From the human T2T-CHM13v2.0 reference genome, Homo sapiens: 64,000 bases of DNA. The stretch lies in the NCBI RefSeq assembly GCF_009914755.1, contig NC_060926.1; one strand, 5' to 3'. The first letter of the stretch is position 1. Every line of letters starts with the position of its first letter. The position numbers and the translations under genes were made by a program. Below are positions 28,703-41,045 of the stretch, piece after piece. A model generated the notes under the pieces. That model saw only the letters and a program-made list of their open reading frames with translations, was not told the DNA's origin and did not search any database.

Positions 28703-30011
28703 AAAATTGGTACGGAAGTGAGGTGCTGCTGTTAGAAAAGAAGAGAAAGACAGAAAAAGACCCTAAAATATGTGTCATCAGCTTGGGGGCCAGGTATCAA
28801 GATAGTGAGGAGGCTATAAGGATGAGAATCCATGGCAAAATAATTTGTACAATTATAACTAAAAGCTAACAATATTCTGAATAAACTTACAGTCTTCGGA
28901 GATGAGATTAGAAAACAAAATGTTAGTAGCATGTGATGGTTGCCATTGACTGTTTTGCGAGGAATTACAGGAAGTGAGTTAGAAAAGGAGGAACAGGCTT
29001 ATAACCAGGAATGAAAGGAAATGGAAATAGTCACAAATTCAGGGACTTGTAGGGATGGAAGATAAAATTGCTTCTCAATTCCAAACTATGAAAATGAAAA
29101 TTGCGATACACTTTGACGAAGTTTGATTAGGACTCAGCTTTGTAACAAGAATCAAATAAAAGACATCTAGAGTTAGAATCTGAATGAATTAGGTAGTTTG
29201 CAGCATATCCTTCTAACTGGACAAAAATGGCTCAATGAAATGATTTACCTATATGGTTCTCTCACTGAAGCCTGTTAGGCCCAAGGCACTAGGAATTAAG
29301 TCAGAAGAGAGAAAGAAATAAATATATTTGCCACACTTCTTTATTCCTAAATGTAAAGAAGCAAATAAATACAGAAAATCTAAGATGTTTGTATGGAATG
29401 TGGATGTGGTTATGGGCAAATGGAAAGGATTTGAATCAAAAACATAAAAAGCTGACTAAACGTACAAGAGAGTTTTGGTGCCAAAGAAACGCTAAGCCCA
29501 TGATTACACAAAACAAGTGTTGGGACTTCAACCTTCTTTAGGTGAGAAGAAGGCAGTTTGACTTTCAGATAAAGCTAAGAAGGGTGATGGGAAAGGAATA
29601 ATTTCCCAGGGAGGATTGAAAGGTCAAGGGAAAAAGGAACCAGAGAACATCTCCCAGAGAATCAGGGTCCCCTGCATGGTAGAACACCTCACAGTGAGTA
29701 CCCAGTGGGATTTTGGAGTTGCCATGGACCACTCACCACTCCACATTGCTATGAATATCGCTCATCTCTTCCCTTTCCGAATGGGAGTCTTTGGGTGCAT
29801 GTTGGACTCTGTATTTTGGGTGTGTGTAGGTCTTTAATCTGCATCCAGATCTGTTGTAGAGACTAGCATGTATCTCCCAGAGATCCTGGACTTAAGAGTT
29901 TGATGCCGTGACTGATGGGACATTTGGGTTGTCTTTCTTGGAGGAAGGATGGGTATATTTTGTCTGCTGGAGGGAGAATGAATCACATTTTTGGTGATGA
30001 GAAGGGTAAAC
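28703..30011 (+). mobile_element. MLT1 internal region (MLT1-int)
   Basis: Begins aaaattggtac directly after LTR end (MaLR-int start); ends in purine-rich tract before second LTR. Confidence 0.7.
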
Positions 30012-30326
30012 TCTGGTAGTCATGCATTCACTATTTCTGGCTTTCTCCTTTCTGAGCAAATAGAAGGATGGTACTTCCTGGTTGGGTGGGGTCATGTGAC
30101 AAGTTCTGGCTGATGAATTGTTGTGGGAAGCATTTAATTGCCAGTGCAAGACCTTCCAGGGCCTCTGTCAGAATGATCTAGGTAGTGGCTGTTCCTTCAG
30201 CCCCAATACAGAATAAGGACAAAGTGGCGCCTGCCAACCCTAGGTGCCCATGTTCGTGAGCAATTTGTTGTTTAAAGCCACTAAGATCTTGGGTAAAATG
30301 ATAACATAGCCTATTCTGTGGATACG
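30012..30326 (+). mobile_element. MLT1I-like 3' LTR
   Basis: ggggtcatgtgacaagttctggc...gaagcatttaattgccagtgcaagacc...tttaaagccactaagat. Confidence 0.75.
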
Positions 30327-30369
30327 CTTGCATCATTTAAAAATGCTGACTGATGCATCCTGTGAAGGA

Positions 30370-31022
30370 ACCCGTAACACACTGCTAAGAATGAAAGCTT
30401 TGGAGCCTAATCTGCTAGAATCTATACCTAGCTCTGCCACCTACAAGCTGTTTAAACTCAGGCTGCTTATCCTTTCTAAGCCTCATTTTTCCCATTTGTG
30501 AAATGGGGATAATAACTATATTAGTTTCCTAAGGCTGCTGTAAATTACCATAAAGTTAGTGGCCAAAACGACAGGAGTGTATTCTGTCATAGTTCTGGAG
30601 GCCGGGAGTTCTACATCAGTTCACTGGGCAGAAATTGAGGTGTCAGCAGGGATGTGCTCCCTCTGGAGGCTCTTGGACAGAATTCGTTCCTTGCCTCTTC
30701 CAGTTTTCCTTTGCTCACGGCTGCATCACTGCAATCTCTGCCTTGTCTTCACATTGCCTTCTTCTGAGTGTGTAATTTCCCCCTGCTCCCTCTTATAAGG
30801 ACATTTGTTATTGGATTTAGGGCACACCTGGATAATCTAGGATCAGTCTGCAGCTGAGATGCTTAATCACATTTGCAAAGATACTCTTTCCTTTGACGGT
30901 AATGTTTACAGGTTCCAGAGATTAGGACCTGATATCTTTGGGTGGCCATTATTCAGCTGACTACAATTTTAAGGATTAAATGAGATAGTATATATAAAGC
31001 AGTCAATAAATATTAGTTATTT
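30370..31022 (+). mobile_element. MIR split by MLT1C/D insertion (30370-30516 and 30966-31022)
   Basis: cctagctctgccacctac...cctcatttttcccatttgtgaaatggggataata then aggattaaatgagatag...caataaatattagttat. Confidence 0.75.
30517..30965 (-). mobile_element. MLT1C/D solo LTR
   Basis: tattagtttcctaaggctgctgt...gaggtgtcagcaggg...ttataaggac...ggccattattcagctgactaca. Confidence 0.88.
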
Positions 31023-33002
31023 ATTGATATGGAAATGCATCTTATTTTCCCTAAAACGTCAAGTCTTTAGATGCCAAGTTACTGTTCTGGACCCCACACA
31101 GTAGGTGCATCATAAAACGCACGTAACGATTAACCTCTAAATACCATCAGTAATCCCTGATCTTAAGTTGGGTAGTTACTTAAATTGAAAACTATTCTTA
31201 TAGAACTAATGCTTTATGGCAGAGAAATCAGATAGGTGGTAAAGGCATGGTTTGTTTTTCTGCAAGTTAAATTGGATACTGCATATTTTGACCACAGAGG
31301 TTTCTGATATCTAAATAATATTTAAAAAGAAAAATATAATTTCCTTTTTGCCTCCTTTTATTTTCAGATATTAAAAAAAAAGAAAACAAGACTTTGTACT
31401 GAGATGTGATTATCTTGCCAAAAATCCTATCTTTGAAACTCTTGCCTTAATGGTCAATGTATTATTCAGATTTCGCACATTAAAAATATCTTACAGAGTC
31501 AGAAATACTATTGCTTAGTGAAAGCACGATAAAAAAAAAAAAAAAAGGGCTGTGCAATAAACTATGTCGTGCCTAAGCCTCCTGCTATTTTTTACACCAT
31601 GTTAATACTGATGCAAATTGACTAGGGTTTCAGTGCCTGGTAGTCAGGGCTCTGGGAATATTGTGTCCCCCTTACGCCCCCCAGTCCCTCCTCTGCTGAG
31701 CCCTGCCATTAATCACCACTTGCCTGTCTGGAGATCTCCCACGGTTTGGTCACGGCTCCAAGGTCACAGGCTGTCATTAACATTGATCTGAAAAACAGAA
31801 CCAAACAAAACAGCCTGAATAATCTTTTGTTGCGTTCCTAAACAAACCCGTCCTAGATACATAAATAAATAAAATAAAATGGAAACGAGGCCAGCTCACA
31901 TCTTCCTTTCCTCAACAAGGGGCAGCACTGTTTATAGTCCCTGTGTTCAGCATCTCCATCATGTGGCCACGCTGCTTAGGAAGACAAAGCTCTCACACAT
32001 CCTCTGGTGGCCCTTTTGTTTTGTCTGCAGCAAATCAAGGAAAGCAAAGCACTACTTTCTGTACACCTGAGCTAAGCAAGCTCTGCTTAAAATAATTTAT
32101 AATGGACAATGTTGTTGGGTTTTTTTAAACTATAAGCAAGAGAATCAGTATATAACACTATATACATGGCTGATGAAACTACTTACCAACTTATCATTGA
32201 TTGATGGGAACAAAAGAAAACCCACACCAAAGAGGCAAGGCACATGCCACATAAGGGGCTCCTTCATTTTCATCTGCTCTACAGAGCTAAGATTTATGGG
32301 CAAGAGCTGTATCATTTCACTCCAGTTTACTACCTGGCTCCAACAATGGTTTATAAGCATTATGAAGAAGAAACATACTCAGCTCCAGCTCTCATTAATT
32401 TGGGCACATAAGAAAGCACAGGAATGGTCTGAATCAGAGTTTTGAGGGGCAGGGTTAACCATAATTCATACGGAACCATGGAAACACTGGGAACAATTCA
32501 AATTGTAGATAGCTCTGGTGCTTATATATAATTTAATGTGGTGGGAGGAGGAAAAATAAGGCACACTCTGTCCCAAATCTGCTTTCTTTGTGCTGATAAC
32601 CAGCAGAATGTGATGAAAAGTAACATAGGATTTGAGCTGGGGAACCACATCTTGGCTAACTGCTTTTGGAAGAAAGGGGTATGCAACCAAAGGTCAGAGG
32701 GCTGTCCTGATGTCGGTGTTAACATTTCATACCCTGCCAGATCTAATGCCTTGGAAACATGTCTGCTGCCCAGATGGCAGAGCATGCTTAGATGGCAGGG
32801 GGGTCCCCCCACAGGAAACCCCTCCAGGAACAAGGCAGGGTCACAGATAACAATAGGTCATTCAAGGCACAACCAGGTGGCACCGGCATCAGCAGCCCTC
32901 TCAACTCGAGCAGCATTGATGAAACCTCTAATTCCAAACATCCCTGTGTTAAGAACTACGCAAAGGGAGACACATCAGTCTATTCATTTTTGACCTTCTG
33001 TA

Positions 33003-33240
33003 TCAGGCATTTCTACACTGCTTACTGTGTGTCTGCTTCTGTACTAAGTGCTTTACTAACCAACTGCTAACTAAACTACTAACTAAATGAATCGTCATCA
33101 CCACCCCAGAGGTAGTTGCTATTATCCTTATTTTACAGATAAGTAAACAGAAGCACACAGAGATTAAGTCATTTTCCCTTCCCAAGGTGAGTAAATGATT
33201 CAGGATTCTGTGCCTATCACAAAGCTACCAGATGCCCTCT
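33003..33240 (-). mobile_element. MIR
   Basis: attatccttattttacagataagtaaacagaagcacacagagattaagt. Confidence 0.75.
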
Positions 33241-33477
33241 TACTACACATGGATGCTGACAGTACTGGAGGGGGACAAGACTGGCTAAAGCATTGGATTT
33301 CTCAGCATCTCTCCTGCATAGCAAATAATCTCTATGAGGTTGCCTATTTGTATCATAATGTGGATAATTACTTAGGTTCTGTCCAGTTGATAATTTGAAA
33401 CTTTCTCTTCAAATGCATATTGCCATTAATCAGTTGATCAACAAGTTTATTGAGTATCTGCTAGGTCCTCAGATGAT

Positions 33478-33690
33478 AATTCTAATAGCTACCACTTATT
33501 GGGAAGCCTCCACAGGGTGACTGACTCAGTCTCTATATGTGGTAGTGATACTATTATTATCTCTTATTAAAGTTAAAAAAATAAGGCTCAGAAACGTTAG
33601 GTAACTTGCACAAGGTTGTACAGTTATTAAGTGTCAAAGCTGGGATTGGAATCCTTTGTCTGACAGAAGAATCTCTACTTCAATGAATAC
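33478..33690 (-). mobile_element. MIR
   Basis: aggctcagaaacgttaggtaacttgcacaaggt...aaagctgggattggaatcc. Confidence 0.7.
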
Positions 33691-34109
33691 AGTGGAGCAA
33701 GAAGTCCATGCAGAGAAGGGAGACAGGACAGGCTGAGAGGTAGGACGGGTAGAGTGGCTGCAACCTTTGTCCATCTGGCACTGGGGAGTCAACTAAGCCT
33801 GGGGACTCAGGAGGGACCTGGATAGACCTTTAGGGAGGAAACTTTAGGTGGTGGATGTGAGGATGGTTTGAAGAAGGAGAGGGTGGAAGGAAGGAGACTC
33901 ATTGGAGATGTAAATTGATAGGAGCCTAAAACAAGGAAGGGAGAGTGGGAAGGGAGGCACAGGGATGGAAGATTGCAAAGGAAGAACTGAAGAAAACAAA
34001 TGAGCAGTTCTATGTTATTTTTTAGATTAAGGCTCTTCAAGAAGTGAAAGATCTTTTTGAGAGTAAAAGACCAGGGAGAGAGTTTTTACTAACTGTTTTA
34101 GACTGAGGT

Positions 34110-34925
34110 CCCTATAATTCTAGTTCAGTTTATAGTGAGTTAACATACCTCTCCTCTATATGCCAAAATTATTTCAATAATAATCTTGTGACAATCATTA
34201 TCTTCTTGATTTGTTCTGTAGTTGTAAAACAATTTAAAATGAACAAATTTTAATGTTAAAGATATATTCAAATTGAGTACAAAGATTTTGTGTAGACTGA
34301 AATCTGCATTTGCCTAACAAAAATATGACACTTTGCAGTTTGCACTTATTTCAGTTTTAAATTTTAACCATGAATAAAACCCACGAATGATCACATAAAA
34401 TGACAGAATGAAAGTATCTCAAGTTGTATGTCTTCATCTTTACCATCACCGTGCTATCATTGTTTGTTCTGAATATAGTCTTTAAAAGCAGGAATATGAG
34501 TTCTGCAAGGTTAGAAACACAAACGACACCCAGAGAGTTTGAGAGGTTCTAAATGGTTAGGAACTTACTATTGAAAGTGTATAGCTGCATCTACCTATGT
34601 CAAGAGCCAGCTGTATGCCTGGGCATTCTTAGAATTAACTTACATTACGTGTGCAAAGAAAGGATAAATAATAAACATGTGCTTATTTGAAGCTTTCATA
34701 TCAATTATTTTTATCTTAACAGTAACCTCAGCAATTGTTTGGAATTTATACCAATAAAAGACATTTCTTAGGAGGTATATCTCACCATTGACTATTTAGA
34801 ATTGCTGGCACATGGTGGTAATAAAAAGCAGACTGACTTTTAGTTGGTTTTATTACTATTTTAAAATTCTCTACAGATGGTGCTCCCTTAGAGCACCACC
34901 CTTGGTGCAAGGTGGTCAGAGTGTA
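34110..34925 (-). mobile_element. MER97-like hAT-Tip100 element
   Basis: tttagaattgctggcacatggtggtaataaaaagcagactgacttttagttggttttatt...attctctacaga matches antisense of recalled MER97. Confidence 0.7.
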
Positions 34926-35089
34926 ACCATGAAATGGGGGAGGGAGGGCAGATGAGGGGAGAGGGGAGAACCCAGAGCACCTCCATTTTATGTAACATGC
35001 TTCCAAATAAGATATTTCTTCCATATGGGGTTCCTTGTCAAAACAGTTTGAAAATCTCTGTAGGAAAATATCTAGGCAGAGAAACTCAG

Positions 35090-35460
35090 AAATGGCATTT
35101 CAGGAAAAGAGCTCAGAAGAGAGGCAAGCCCAAGAAAAGGGCTGGGAGTCATTTGAGAAGAGATAGTAGTGACACTAGAAGGATGCTGAGGAAAAAGAGA
35201 AGAGAATAAAAAATACATCCTTGGGGGACAGTTCTGTTTAGTGGATGGTGGGGGGAAGAAGGGCTAGAAAAGACTAAGAAGGAAAGAGTCAGAAATAAAG
35301 GAGAGAATCCAGAAGCGTATATGGCTTTGCAGAATCCAAGGCTGTAGAGGGTTTTAAGAAAAGAGAGGCCAACACAATTAGGGGCTATAAAGAGATCAGG
35401 AAGCTGAAGAGAACAAAGGTTGTAGCTTTTAATACTTGGAAGGTGACTGTGGTTCAACAG
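35090..35460 (-). mobile_element. L2 fragment
   Basis: G/A-rich antisense L2 (gcagaatccaagg...agagatcaggaag...ggaaggtgact). Confidence 0.55.
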
Positions 35461-35479
35461 AAGCAGAAATCACATAGTA

Positions 35480-35890
35480 CAGACTTAATTCCTCAGTAAG
35501 GAATGGGTAAATACTCTGTGGTATATCTGTATTTTGGAATACTGTGCAACGATAAAAGATGATGAGGTAAAAACATGTAAAGAATTCCAAAGCATGTAGT
35601 TGAGTGGAAAACCATGTTCACATTGGTATGTAAACATACAATTTATGTTAAAATAGACAATCAAAATACACACTAAACAGTATTTTTCCTAAGGGTGCAT
35701 GTGTATGTAAATGCTTTGGAAATGGTCTGGAAAAACACAATACACTAATAACAAAATACAGCTGTGCAACCAGTATGGGAATTGGGGGTTGAGCTCAAAG
35801 GAGATCTGGGGGCTTATTAGCAATGTTTGATTTGTTACAGAAAATATATATTCATATAATTACTCATGGCATTAAAAATTATACAAAAAG
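35480..35890 (+). mobile_element. L1ME 3' UTR fragment
   Basis: ggaatgggtaaatactctgtggtatatc...ggaatactgtgcaacgataaaa. Confidence 0.65.
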
Positions 35891-37654
35891 AAAGAAATTG
35901 CCTTGCAAGAAATTAGGAAGTGTGGGAGTAAAGGGAAGGAGAAAACTATGATGGGGTCTGGAGAAAAGGCAGCCTGTAGGGATGACTTTTTGATTGGGGA
36001 GGCAGAAGTGTGTTTTTAGGTCTAGAAAGGTCATGATTAATAAAACAGATTTTGAAAATGGAAGCTGAAGGAGCATGATTGATAGAGCCAGGTTGGGGTA
36101 GGGGGCGAGGAGGTGGAAGGAATGGAATTAGGGCACCAGTGGAGGGGCTGGTCTTGAAGATGAAAAATGAAGAAAAAGGCCTGTAAAGATAATACAGAGG
36201 AATATTAAAGCATAGAGGAAAAAAACTAGAGCCCTCTGGGGAGAGGGCTGCAGGAAGGTGACATGAGGACAGCTACAGAGGGTGGGGCAGGCAGTGGCCT
36301 GTGTTCAGAAGATGGTGCCAGAGATTTTATATAGCAGATACGGCAGGACTATGTCAAGGTTTCCGCTTGGGGTAATCCAGTAGTTGCCTGGTTGTGGAGC
36401 AGACCCAGTGTGCCCTAACCCTGGCCTCACGAGCTCTCCCAGCAAAACTTAGCAATGTTAGAACAGGGATAAGACAGCAGAAGGTCTGGTTGAGGTGGAG
36501 AGAGTAGAAGGATGGGGTATGAGAGAAAGAGGAATAGTGCCCACTCTCTGGAGTGGCTGCAAGAGAGGCTAAAATTTGCCCCATAAACAGAGTGGGTTGC
36601 TACTGTCCTTTCTAAACAACTTGGAAGACGTCCCAGGCAAAGGCTAGAACAGACTCCTTATCTCCACCTCCAATATTGTTCTGACTGGTTTTCTATCCGC
36701 AATGCCTATTGTCTCTAAAGAAAAGCAAAAGTTACTCCCCACTTCCTTTGTGCTATGTAACTCTGATTTCTAGGATGCAAAAATCCCTTCTCCACCCAAC
36801 TTGCACCCCCACTTCCCCAGGAAACAGAAGAAATCATGGCTTGCCAAAACTGAACTAATTTGAACTTCATTTTCTAATTTTGATGGCAGATTTTTGAGAC
36901 AAAAATAAATTATAAGATGAAAAGACATTCTCAGTAATTTCTCTAATTATTCAACTGATCTCTGAATGTTTTGAATGTAAGCTAAGATTTGTTACTTTAA
37001 AAATCACTTCTATGCTCTTAGTACTGTCAGAAAATTTATGTGGACTAAATGTCCAAATAATGAAGAAACACATAAACAAGAGCTTTTTCTTACCGAAATA
37101 TATCACGATGGTTTTTGATGTTCCAATCGTATTCTCCTTTACTGACAAGTTCAAAGAATTCAGTTCTCCTCCTGCAGGAAAATCAAATGAAGAAAGAAAG
37201 AAAAAAAAAACTGGAATGAGATTTCCCAGTCTGTGGGGTGACATAAACACATTTATGGGAAAAACATAAGACCACTTGAACCAAGTAACTTAATATTTGA
37301 AATCATGAGGCTAAAGCACTATCAAAATAAATCACTTTCTAAAAAATGTTGAGGCTTCAAGGAAAAGCCACAATCATTTCTGAATGTATTTACAACAGAG
37401 GAGATTATAGAGCCATAAAACAGAAAACAATGTGGTGCGGCATTTAGGATTATGTGCTGTGAAGCCCTAGTGATACTTACTGAAAGTCAGAGAAAGGAGG
37501 CAAGGACAAATAAAAAGTGGGGACAATTCTAGAATGTTCTTTTATCATCCAACAAAGAATTGAGCTGCATGATGATCCAAGATAAGATAAACTCCCTGGT
37601 AGTAAATTCAAGATAAATATATTTTTTTCCAGGTTAGAAAATAACTATTTCACC

Positions 37655-37875
37655 ATTTCAGTGCTTAAACGCATAGGCTATGAAGTCTGAAAGTAACGGT
37701 GTTTAAACACTCGCTCAGCAACTCGCTTTGGAAAGTTAATTAAATCCTCTGAGTCTCAATTTCTTAATCTCTAACACGGGGGTTTCAGTTGCTAACTCAC
37801 AGAGTTACTGTGAGGATTAAATGAATGACATGTGGAAAGCATGTAGCATAGTGTCTCAACATTTTAAGTGCTTGA
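37655..37875 (+). mobile_element. MIR
   Basis: cctctgagtctcaatttcttaatct...gtgaggattaaatgaatg...taagtgcttga. Confidence 0.75.
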
Positions 37876-37878
37876 CAC

Positions 37879-38733
37879 TATAAACCAAAAATAAAATTCT
37901 AAGCCCCCAACCAAATAAATGGCCTTCTGCTCTTGGCCAAGGGCATTCCTAAATTAACCTGAAATGCTAGTACAGGCCATGATGGGAAGTGGGAGTTGGA
38001 CATGTCTCATTATTCCTTCCTCCCTTTTGGAATTCAGGTACAGCTGACCAGCATTAACATTAAAACAGAGACCTTAAGACTGACAAAGCAGACACTTTGT
38101 AGCAATAAGATACCAACATGACAGACAGCAGGCCCCAAAAGAAATCAAAGTATTTTATCCCAAAATATATTTATTTGACATATTTTGAAATGGCCTTGCA
38201 AAGCTGTCTCTTTTGGAGAAAATCTACATTCTGTAGAGAATCCCCTTCCCTTTCCAGGTCCTTTTCCTAATCCAGGGGAGAATTAAGTAAGAGCTTGGCA
38301 CCTTTTAAAGTCTGATAAGAAACATTTACAATTTATTCTGGAAGGCTGCTACCTGGAGGCTTCATCTGCATAACAAAAACATTGGTCTCCACAACCCCTT
38401 ATCTTAACCCAGACACTCCCTTCTATTGATTCCAGGTCTTTAGATAGACCCTTTCAACTAACTGCCAATCAGGAAATCTTTGAATCCACCTATGACCTGG
38501 AAGCCACTCCCCACTTCAAGATGTTCCGCCTTTCCTGACTGAACCAGTACATCATACATGTATTGATTGATGTCTTATGTCTCCCTAAAACATATAAAAC
38601 CAAGCTGTAGCCCAGCCGCCTTGGGCCTATGTTCTCAGGACTTGCTGAGTCTATGTCACAGGCATGTCCTTAACCTCAGCAAAATAAACTTCTAAATTGA
38701 TTAAGTCCTGTCACAGACACTTTTTGGTTTACA
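37879..38733 (+). mobile_element. MER4D-type ERV1 solo LTR
   Basis: T(A)TAAACCAAAAATAAAATTCTAAG start, ...TTTTTGGTTTACA end, AATAAA near 3' end, 4-bp TSD acac/actc. Confidence 0.9.
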
Positions 38734-38937
38734 ACTCACACATACACCCATGGAAATCCATTTGGAGATGCGTAGATACGGAAAAGACAAGCAAGGAATA
38801 TTTTAGTTAGATGATTTTCAGTTTTAGTGAGAAAAGGAAAAAAAGAGGACATCACCATTTTGATTTAAGAATCACTTCCCAAGTTTTCATCCTCTTGGCA
38901 CTTGCTAATGAGAGAATATTTAAGAGATCCTAACACA

Positions 38938-39175
38938 CCATTTCCCAAAACGCATCTCTCAAAATGCTAGACTTAAGAGGTGCTCCATGTGAAGATGTTC
39001 CTGCCAAGTAGGTTTGAGAAATGCTGCCCTTAATATACCTCTCTTGGAGACACCATCTATATTAGCCTTTGAAGTCTCTGAGAAATATGGACGTAGAAAA
39101 GCCTGTTTAACCTTATTTCATCACAAAATTCCACATAGTACTGATGTTTCAAAAACTACACTTTGGAAAATACCA
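38938..39175. mobile_element. hAT-Charlie MITE (MER103C/MER112-like)
   Basis: tttcccaaa...gtttgagaaatgctg...ctctgagaa...cctgtttaac...cactttggaaaata. Confidence 0.55.
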
Positions 39176-39256
39176 TCATGACATATAATTTATGGTAGAA
39201 ATCAGACATATTTGGAAAATACCATCATGACATATAATTTATGGTAGAAATCAGAC
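39162..39256 (+). repeat. Perfect 46-bp direct repeat x2 separated by ATA
   Basis: tttggaaaataccatcatgacatataatttatggtagaaatcagac at 39162-39207 and 39211-39256. Confidence 0.97.
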
Positions 39257-39727
39257 TAGGATCTCAGAAACTTAGTGCTGACCCTCTGTACTGGGGGACA
39301 AAGGACAAGAGGTTGAGAACAACTGGCTCCTCTGTGTCTGGCCTGGGGTGCTTATCACCAACTGACCAACTGTGTGGATTTCTTGCCAATGGGTCAGACT
39401 AACTACTAAAATTACTTGAAAGGAGACAGGTCAGGAAGACAAATGTATAGTTCACTTCTGTATTAGAGACACAAAGACAGGTCCTGGATCTATCCTTTCA
39501 AGATGATGCAGGTCAAGGCCATACTACATACAGCATGGAAGAATCTCCAAGACAACCTTACAGCAACTGGCGAGATGGCATAACCCAATTACACAGAAGG
39601 GCCCAGGAACTCCTTCTACTTTGGGTGGGCAGGTGTATACAGTTCTTTTCTTCATATAACTTTCTTATCTTCTTCACTTGACCCATTCCCTTCTTCATGA
39701 CCAATGGTCGTGCCTTTTTCATATTAC

Positions 39728-40029
39728 TGAGATAGCCAAGTAAAACGAGCTCCCCAGAGAATCTCCAACCCGCCTGCGCATTGGGAGGATGGGTGAGGCC
39801 TCCGGAAGTTTGCGCTGTTTGCAGTAGGGAGGAGCCTGGCCCCTTCTGTTCCTGTGTGGGAACCTGGGATTCAGTCTGTGAGATGGGGGCCTGTTAACAG
39901 GAATCTCTCTTGCTTTGCTGAGTCTTTTTCCTTTTTGCCCAATAAATTCCATAACCTCTCACCCTTCAAAGTGTCTGCTTGCCTAATCTTTTCTGGTCGT
40001 GTGACAAGAACCCAGTTTATTCTACAACA
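39728..40029 (+). mobile_element. MER61-family ERV1 solo LTR
   Basis: TGAGATAGCC...CTACAACA, AATAAA, perfect 4-bp TSD ttac at 39724-39727 and 40030-40033. Confidence 0.88.
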
Positions 40030-40061
40030 TTACAGTCACTGACTGTGAAGTGAAATAGAAA

Positions 40062-40262
40062 GGGAAGTGGTGGAGTGGAAAGAGCCCAGGTTTGGACCCA
40101 CACCGACCTGGCTTAATGCTGACTGTCACTTATTAGCTGTGTGATCTTGGGTGAGTAATTTCACATTGCTGAGCCTTAGTTTCCAGCTTTGTAGTGAGAA
40201 ATTGAGATAAGGTGCACTAAACATTTGGCCCTGTTAGATACTCAATACCTGAAGCTATGGTT
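40062..40262 (+). mobile_element. MIR
   Basis: gtcacttattagctgtgtgatcttgggtgagtaatt...tgagccttagtttcc. Confidence 0.75.
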
Positions 40263-40567
40263 AATTTGTAAACAATATTAATACTATTACTGCCAACAAT
40301 AATACAAATTGGACTAACTGGACTAATGGAGATCTAACAGTTTGCCCAGTTTTCTCCTCTCACTACATAGAAATTCATCTTTTTTTCAAATTATTATGAA
40401 GTCCAACAAGTATTTATTGAACATCTACTCTGTAACAAGTCTTTATTAGGCTTTACGGTCACATGATAATTGGGTGTTACTTTTAAATGTCTCTGAGTTT
40501 AGCCAGGGCTACCAACAAATAAATAGGTAATTCCCTCTTTAAATGTAATATTAATGAGAATAATAAT

Positions 40568-40794
40568 ATTGGGACTAGAGTGATGTGAGAGAGGCACTCA
40601 CCTGGGGCACAAAACTGAAGTGGGTGCCAAAAAACTTAGTTATCAAGATAAATATTTTAATGTGATATTTAACAAAATAAAAATAAATGTAAAACATCCA
40701 TAATGAACACAACAACAAAATTCTAAATAAAGACAAGATCTGAACTTGTACTTGAACCACTCACCTCACTTGCTTCACCCTAGTTCCAGCCCTG
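40568..40794. mobile_element. hAT-Tip100 MITE (MER96B-like)
   Basis: gggactagagtga...aggcactcacctggggcacaaaa and cctcacttgcttcaccctagttccagccctg terminal inverted repeats. Confidence 0.65.
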
Positions 40795-40844
40795 ATGAGG
40801 ATGATATTCACTGGGTCTTTACTGTGTTCCTGGCAGACTTAATG

Positions 40845-41045
40845 GGGTCTGGCACTCACTACTTACATGACTGACCTTGAGTAGGTTACTTAACCTTGCT
40901 GGACTTCAGTTTTCTTATTAGTAAAAGAGTTATAGTAATGGGATCTGCCTTGTAGGGTTGATGGGAGGATCAAAGGAAATGATTTATGTAAAACATTTAG
41001 CAGATTGCCTGGCAAAATTAGGTTATCAGTAAGGATTAGTTACTG
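40845..41045 (+). mobile_element. MIR
   Basis: tgaccttgagtaggttacttaacctt...cttcagttttctt...tgcctggca. Confidence 0.75.

Noticed and set aside
32538-32993. 151-aa ORF in unique DNA
   Set aside because: GTG start, no recognisable domain or splice context; within chance expectation
39162-39256. Direct repeats as possible CRISPR array
   Set aside because: Only two copies with a 3-nt gap in eukaryotic DNA; no spacers or cas genes
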